A stretch of DNA of 64,000 nucleotides. Source: an uncultured Collinsella sp. (GTDB taxonomy: Bacteria > Actinomycetota > Coriobacteriia > Coriobacteriales > Coriobacteriaceae). This document shows, piece by piece, positions 60,287 to 64,000 of this stretch. The stretch's first letter is position 1, and every line of letters starts with the position of its first letter. The DNA is taken from positions 20,302 to 84,301 of the forward strand of contig UQHK01000007.1 of assembly GCA_900540855.1 (NCBI GenBank), in the 5' to 3' direction. The notes under the pieces were generated by a model that worked only from the letters and a program-made list of their open reading frames with translations, did not search any database and was not told the DNA's origin. The translations under genes were made by a program, and so were the position numbers.

Positions 60287-62123
60287 GGGCCTCGCCTCCT
60301 TCCTGGGTCTGAGCTTGCGTTGCGGTCATGTCGGTGTTGTCTGCCGTCGTGTTCGCGTCGCCAGAGACGTCGTCGGCGTCTTGCGTACCTTCGGCAGACA
60401 TCTTGTTTTGCGAGGTAAAGGTCTCGCGGTAGATCTCGCTCGTCTTAAGCAGCTCGTCATGGTTGCCGATCTGCGCGATACGGCCGCCCTCCATGACGAT
60501 GATGCGGTCTGCGTCCTGCACGGAGCTGATGCGCTGGGCGATGATGAGCTTGGTCGTGTTGGGCAGATAGCTTGCCAGCCCTGCGCGAATCTTGGCGTCG
60601 GTCTTGGTGTCGACGGCGCTGGTGGAGTCGTCCAGGATCAAGATCTTGGGGCGACGCAGCAGGGCACGCGCAATGCACAGGCGCTGCTTCTGACCGCCGG
60701 AAACATTGGAGCCGCCCTGTTCGATCCAGGTGTCATAGCCCTTGGGGAAGCCATCGACAAACTCGTCGGCGCAGGCCAGATGCGCTGCCTCGCGGACTTC
60801 CTCGTCGGTGGCGTTCGGGTCGCCCCAACGCAGGTTCTCGGCGACGGTGCCGCTAAACAGCACGTTTTTCTGCAGCACCATGGCGACCTGGTGACGCAGC
60901 GCGTCCAGGTCGTAGTCGCGCACGTCCACGCCGCCCACGCGCACAGCGCCTTCGGTGGTGTCGTACAGGCGGGCGATGAGGTTAACGAGCGTGGACTTGG
61001 CCGAGCCGGTGCCGCCGATGATGCCGATGGTCTCGCCGCTCGTAATGTGCAGGTCGATATCGTCGAGCGCCTGGCGCTTCGCATGCTTGGAATACTTAAA
61101 GCTCACGTGGTCAAAGTCGATGGAACCGTCGGCAACCTCGAGCACGGGCTCGGCGGGATCGGCGATCGTGGGCTCGGCAGCCAGCACCTCGGCAATGCGG
61201 TGTGCCGATTCGTCGGCCATGGTCACCATGACAAAGATCATCGACAGCTGCATCAGGCTCATGAGAATCTGGAAACCATAGGTAAAGGTCGAGGAGAGCT
61301 GGCCCACGTCGAACAGCGTGCCCTGGCTCGTGATGATGAGCTTGGAGCCCAGGTAGATGATGACGACAAACGCGCCGTTGACGCAGATGTTCATCATGGG
61401 GTTGTTAAAGGCGAGCAGCTTCTCGGCGCGGGTGAAGTCCATCTGGACGTCGCGCGCGGCGGTCGCGAACTTCTCCTTCTCAAAGTCTTCGCGCACATAG
61501 CTCTTGACCACGCGCATGCCGGTGACGTTTTCCTCAACGGACTCGTTAAGGGCATCGTACTTGTGGAACACGCGCGAGAAGATGGGGCGCACCTTAAAGA
61601 TGATAAAGAACAGTCCAAAGCCCAGCAGCGGAATGATGACCAGGTAGACCATGGCGACGCTGCCGCCCATGATAAACGCCATGGTAAAGGCGAAGATCAA
61701 TACCAGCGGCGCGCGCACGGCGATACGGATGATCATCATAAAGGCCTGCTGCACGTTGTTGATATCGGTGGTCAGGCGCGTGACGAGCGAGGAGCTCGAG
61801 AACTCATCGATGTTGGCAAAGCTGAACGTCTGGATCTTGTAGAACAGGTCGTGACGCAGGTTCTTGGCGAACCCGCAGCTCGCATGGCTGCAGGTGACGC
61901 CGGCCGCGGCGCCAAAAGCAAGGGATGTTAGCGCGATGAGCACCAAAAAGCCTGCGGTGGGAAGCATCTCGGCTACGGTGGCGCCGTCTTTGATGGCGTC
62001 GATCAGGTTGGCGGTGATAAATGGAATCAGCATCTCGCAGAGCACCTCGCCAAGCACGAGCAGCGGCGTGGCGACAGTGACTTTCATATAGTCGCGGATG
62101 CTTCCCATGAGGGTTTTAATCAT
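60279..62123 (-). CDS. ABC transporter permease/ATP-binding protein (heterodimer subunit A) with an acidic Thr/Ala/Asp C-terminal tail
   Basis: GGTGSAKST, VSGGQKQRL and ILILDDSTSAVD motifs. 614 aa. Confidence 0.9.
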   Translation of the reverse strand: MIKTLMGSIRDYMKVTVATPLLVLGEVLCEMLIPFITANLIDAIKDGATVAEMLPTAGFLVLIALTSLAFGAAAGVTCSHASCGFAKNLRHDLFYKIQTFSFANIDEFSSSSLVTRLTTDINNVQQAFMMIIRIAVRAPLVLIFAFTMAFIMGGSVAMVYLVIIPLLGFGLFFIIFKVRPIFSRVFHKYDALNESVEENVTGMRVVKSYVREDFEKEKFATAARDVQMDFTRAEKLLAFNNPMMNICVNGAFVVIIYLGSKLIITSQGTLFDVGQLSSTFTYGFQILMSLMQLSMIFVMVTMADESAHRIAEVLAAEPTIADPAEPVLEVADGSIDFDHVSFKYSKHAKRQALDDIDLHITSGETIGIIGGTGSAKSTLVNLIARLYDTTEGAVRVGGVDVRDYDLDALRHQVAMVLQKNVLFSGTVAENLRWGDPNATDEEVREAAHLACADEFVDGFPKGYDTWIEQGGSNVSGGQKQRLCIARALLRRPKILILDDSTSAVDTKTDAKIRAGLASYLPNTTKLIIAQRISSVQDADRIIVMEGGRIAQIGNHDELLKTSEIYRETFTSQNKMSAEGTQDADDVSGDANTTADNTDMTATQAQTQEGGEAHE

Positions 62124-62619
62124 CCAGTTCCTCCCAGGTTACGCGGATTTTATCGAGCATTTCGGCGAGGTCCTCGCGCTCGTCGTGGGTGAGCGCGCTA
62201 AAGGCCCGTTCTCTAAAGCGGATGCGGGCCGCCTGGTCGATGCGGGCGTTTTCCCGGCCGGTTTCGGTCAGGCGAATGGTGAGTTGCCGTCGATCCTTGG
62301 GGTTACGGCTGCGCTCGATGAGGCCGTTGAGCTCGAGCTTGGACAGGATCTCGGAAAGCGATCCCGGCTTGAGGTCAAAGTGCATGCCGAGCTCCTGCTG
62401 CGACATCTCGCCGCCGGGTTGCTTGGCTAGCAGGCAGATGATGGGCGCCTTGCCGGATACGCCTCCGCCATGAAAGTGCATGTAATGGCCGCAAAAGCCC
62501 AGGCCGCTCAGGATGCGCTTGGCGAGTTTGTCTTCGGCGCTGACCGCTTCGGGTATGTCTACCGGTTGCGACGGGTCACCGCCGGGCTCATGCGGAAGGA
62601 CGAGTGGTTCAACACACAT
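62116..62619 (-). CDS. MarR-family transcriptional regulator
   Basis: 167 aa with a winged helix. Overlaps the downstream ABC gene by 8 nt. Confidence 0.75.
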   Translation of the reverse strand: MCVEPLVLPHEPGGDPSQPVDIPEAVSAEDKLAKRILSGLGFCGHYMHFHGGGVSGKAPIICLLAKQPGGEMSQQELGMHFDLKPGSLSEILSKLELNGLIERSRNPKDRRQLTIRLTETGRENARIDQAARIRFRERAFSALTHDEREDLAEMLDKIRVTWEELDD

Positions 62620-62675
62620 ATCTAAGCTTCGCTCCTTTCTTTAGTTAGGTAGAGAGATTGTTTTGTACCTAAGTG

Positions 62676-62703
62676 ATTCTAGAGGTACCTAACTTATTGT
62701 CAA
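62676..62703 (-). promoter_or_regulatory. sigma70-like promoter (TTGACA-16-TAGAAT on the minus strand) with repeated ggtacc/taggtac boxes
   Basis: Minus strand reads ttgaca-ataagttaggtacctc-tagaat. Surrounding ttaggtac ×2 and ggtacc are candidate MarR operators. Confidence 0.45.
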
Positions 62704-62872
62704 GGTACCGAATCGATTTTGTGGCAGTGCTGGGATGCCGGTGCCAGGGGAATCTTGGACAGTCTTTGCAGCGTAGATTCAGCGGGCCACGGCGTATCCC
62801 GGAGTTTCCGATAGGTTCATTAAGGGGGCGAGACTGGCAGTTGCCGGTTTCGCCCCCTTGGCTTTCCGGGAC

Positions 62873-63955
62873 TTAGAGCGGCTCGTCGCCGGTTCGGAGG
62901 ATAGCGAGGTATGGCTCATATGAAAACGTGCGATATCGCTTCCTGCTCGTGTCGCGTTGGACAAGAATGCCCCAATCGGTAAATTGGGATATAAGGTTGT
63001 TTGCGCTCGATCTGCTAATCGGCATTCGTTCAGAGACAAAGGCGGTGTCGACGATCGGATTGCCCTCGAGAAGGTCGAGCAGCATAAGGGCGTTCGTTGT
63101 AGCCCTTCCTGCCTTTTCGCGAATCAGCCTTTCGGTTTCCGAATGGAGGTCGACGAGCTTTCGCATCGAATCCCGCGCCTCGCGTGCGCTCGCAAGCAAG
63201 CAGGTGCTGAAAAACGAAACCCATCCCTCGAAATCACCTGTCTGCCTTACGTGCATGAGCCAATCGTAGTATTCGCTCCTGTGCCGTTTGAGTTCATACG
63301 AGGGATAGATGACCGGTTTAGTGAGCGCCCCATCATGTATGAGCGAAAGGAGGATGAGCAGACGCCCGAGGCGTCCGTTGCCGTCGAGGAACGGATGTGT
63401 GGTTTCAAACTGGTAGTGCACCAAAGCAGCCTTGATGACCGGGTCGATGTCGTCACGCTCATTGATGAAAAGCTCGAGGTCGCCAAGCGCCTCCTTCATA
63501 TCCTCCGTGTTAGGGGGGACGTACGGTGCCTCATTGAGCATGCAGCCGTTTGGTCCGACCCAGTTCTGGGTCGTCCTGAACTGGCCCGGCGTCTTGTCGG
63601 AGCCTCTGCCATTTCCGAGCAACGTGGCATGAACGGTCTTGAGCAACCTCATGCAGAGCGGCAATTCCTCCATGAGCTCAGTTGCCTGCTGCACCGCCCG
63701 AGTGTAGTTGACGACGTCGGTTAGGTCCCGGCTCGCATTGGATTCGTTTGACGGGTCAAGAACATCATCGAACGTACATTGCGTACCTTCGATTTGGGAG
63801 GATAAGAGCGCTTCCTTGCGAACGTACATGGAAAGGTACATGTCGATGTTCGGAACAAAGCGAGACATGCCCTCAACCTCGCCGAGTGCGGCACGGCAAT
63901 CGGAGACAAGTCGCATGGAATCAGCGGATAAATCGAGTGGAAAGAATGAATCCAT
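62873..63955 (-). CDS. Fic-family protein with an N-terminal inhibitory-helix motif
   Basis: HPFLDGNGRLGR Fic motif. N-terminal SSQIEG matches (S/T)xxxE(G/N). 360 aa. Lower GC. Confidence 0.85.
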   Translation of the reverse strand: MDSFFPLDLSADSMRLVSDCRAALGEVEGMSRFVPNIDMYLSMYVRKEALLSSQIEGTQCTFDDVLDPSNESNASRDLTDVVNYTRAVQQATELMEELPLCMRLLKTVHATLLGNGRGSDKTPGQFRTTQNWVGPNGCMLNEAPYVPPNTEDMKEALGDLELFINERDDIDPVIKAALVHYQFETTHPFLDGNGRLGRLLILLSLIHDGALTKPVIYPSYELKRHRSEYYDWLMHVRQTGDFEGWVSFFSTCLLASAREARDSMRKLVDLHSETERLIREKAGRATTNALMLLDLLEGNPIVDTAFVSERMPISRSSANNLISQFTDWGILVQRDTSRKRYRTFSYEPYLAILRTGDEPL

Positions 63956-64000
63956 ATTGGCGGGTCTAAACGAATCATAGGCGAGGGCTCCTGAAAGGTT

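Overview
High-GC (~60-63%) chromosomal segment that looks Coriobacteriia-like (split transketolase, many heterodimeric ABC exporters, LTA-synthase); the taxon is an inference only. I call about 53 protein-coding genes, one tRNA-Ser(TGA) and an SRP RNA (ffs).

Content by region:
- 1-3.9 kb: a partial sugar-catabolic operon (GatZ/KbaZ-like, Fsa/Tal-like aldolase, transketolase N and C subunits, PTS EIIA).
- 4-16 kb: housekeeping and accessory genes (LarE-like, HAD hydrolase, a low-GC DUF4143 AAA ATPase, LacI regulator, glmS, GntR regulator, YeiH-family transporter, an unusual Fis-HTH regulator, nitroreductase).
- 16.7-21 kb, 28.7-32.4 kb and 58.4-62.6 kb: three pairs of heterodimeric ABC exporters; the first and third pairs each carry a MarR regulator and a sigma70-like promoter with repeated operator boxes.
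- 21-28 kb: cysE, dedA, ilvE, lemA, a TetR regulator, tRNA-Ser, and a TadA fused in frame to glycerate kinase.
- 33.7-46.4 kb: LTA-synthase-family protein, nitroreductase, kup with a truncated KdpD/KdpE-like two-component pair, rlmKL, Cof-type HAD hydrolase.
- 45.6-50.8 kb: a DeoR-regulated ascorbate-type PTS (EIIA/EIIB/EIIC) operon flanked by two paralogous transaldolase-like genes.
- 51-58 kb: tex, then a LysR-regulated Gfo/MFS/SDR operon.
- 62.9-64 kb: a low-GC class-II-like Fic protein.

Intergenic space is rich in repeat families: a 50-bp repeat (4 copies), a 70-bp palindromic element (2 copies plus a fragment), a 30-bp element (2 copies), a 160-bp MITE-like element with terminal inverted repeats (2 copies), an iteron-like cluster of TCTCTCTAA motifs, a tandem array of five hairpin units, and four long perfect inverted repeats.

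I found no CRISPR array, transposase, integrase or prophage, and no self-evident novel multi-gene defence system. The most unusual items are the TadA-glycerate kinase fusion, the hairpin array, the iteron cluster, the MITE-like element and the degenerate sigma54-like regulator. All coordinates and calls come from reading the sequence by eye, with no database searches.
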